Notes under the pieces: generated by a model | Database searches by the model: none | What the model was told of the DNA's origin: nothing | The model's input: only the letters and a program-made list of their open reading frames with translations | Shown: positions 63,234 through 64,000 of the stretch, one piece after another | Numbering within the stretch: the stretch's first letter is position 1 | Layout: every line of letters starts with the position of its first letter | Translations under genes and position numbers: made by a program | Assembly: GCA_951406725.2 (NCBI GenBank) | Contig: OX597839.1 | Coordinates: 25,668,001 to 25,732,000 of the forward strand | Direction: 5' to 3' | Origin: Octopus vulgaris | Taxonomy: Eukaryota | DNA: 64,000 bases

Positions 63234-63319
63234 AAGAACCGAAAAAGCGCTGCTGAGCATTTTGTTCGACGCGCAAACAATTGTACGAGCTCACCGCTTC
63301 GACAGTGTCATTATAGTGA

Positions 63320-63855
63320 TTTCAAATTTTGGCACAAGGCCAGCAATTTTGGGAGGAGTAAGTCGATTACATCGACCCCAGTGTTTAACTGGTACTTAAT
63401 TTATCGATCCTGAAAGGATGAAAAGCAAAGTGAATCTCGGCGGAATTTGAACTCAGAACATAACGACGGACGAAATGTCGCTAAGCATTTCGTCCGGCGT
63501 GCAAACGATTCTGCCAACTCAACGCCTTAGAACTTAACTAAATAATCCTTTCTACTAAAGGTACAAGGTTCAAAATTTTGGGGCAGGGAGCCAGTCGATT
63601 AGATTGACCCCAGTACGCAACTGGTACTTAATTTATCGACCCGGAAAAGATGAAAGGCAAAGTCGACCTCGGCAGAATTTGAACTCAGAACGTAAAGACG
63701 AAAGAAATACCTATTTCTTTACTATCCACAAGGGGCTAAACATAGAGGGGACAAATAAGGACAGACAAACGGATTAAGTCGATTACATCGACCCCAGTGC
63801 GTAGCTGGTACTTATTTAATCGACCCCGAAAGGATGAAAGGCAAAGTCGACCTCC
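63320..63855 (-). mobile_element. Cluster of SINE family B copies
   Basis: Family match; tandem junction GAAATACCTATTTCTTT at ~63705. Confidence 0.85.
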
Positions 63856-64000
63856 TAGCATTGCTTGACAACCGATGCTGGTGTGTTTATGTCCCCGTTA
63901 CTTAGCGGTTCGGCAAAAGAGACCGATAGAATAAGTACTGGGCTTACAAAAAAGAATAAGTCCCGGGGTTGAGTTGCTCGATTGAAGGCGGTGCTCCAGC
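63855..64000 (+). mobile_element. SINE family A, 3' half (runs off the window)
   Basis: Family match. Confidence 0.85.

Overview
Repeat-dense eukaryotic (animal) genomic DNA with no prokaryotic features. The SINE repertoire and microsatellite load suggest an octopus-like cephalopod; this is inference, not a database result. The only convincing host coding sequence is one minus-strand exon (58603-58881, ending at a GTAAGT donor). It encodes the N-terminal coiled coil of a dynein cargo adaptor with a CC1 box (DLILAAELGKALL), most like BICD-related protein (BICDR/BICDL1). Everything to its left is probably one very large intron. The rest of the window holds a decayed autonomous Helitron (RepHel pseudogene, 437-~4771), a second Helitron Rep fragment, several non-autonomous Helitrons, dozens of tRNA-derived SINEs of four families, RTE LINE 3' remnants, hAT, Tc1/pogo and piggyBac MITEs, and long microsatellites. 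The most interesting signals are: (1) a cluster of minimal type I hammerhead-ribozyme motifs at 46-58 kb; (2) an inverted-arm element that has captured a copy of DNA lying 3 kb away; (3) two hAT MITEs whose right end plus part of the target-site duplication was tandemly amplified in place (9x and 2x); (4) flipped hairpin termini among sibling non-autonomous Helitrons; (5) an 11-mer 158-bp SINE-derived satellite with higher-order structure upstream of the BICDR exon. Repeat boundaries were placed by eye and may be off by several bases.
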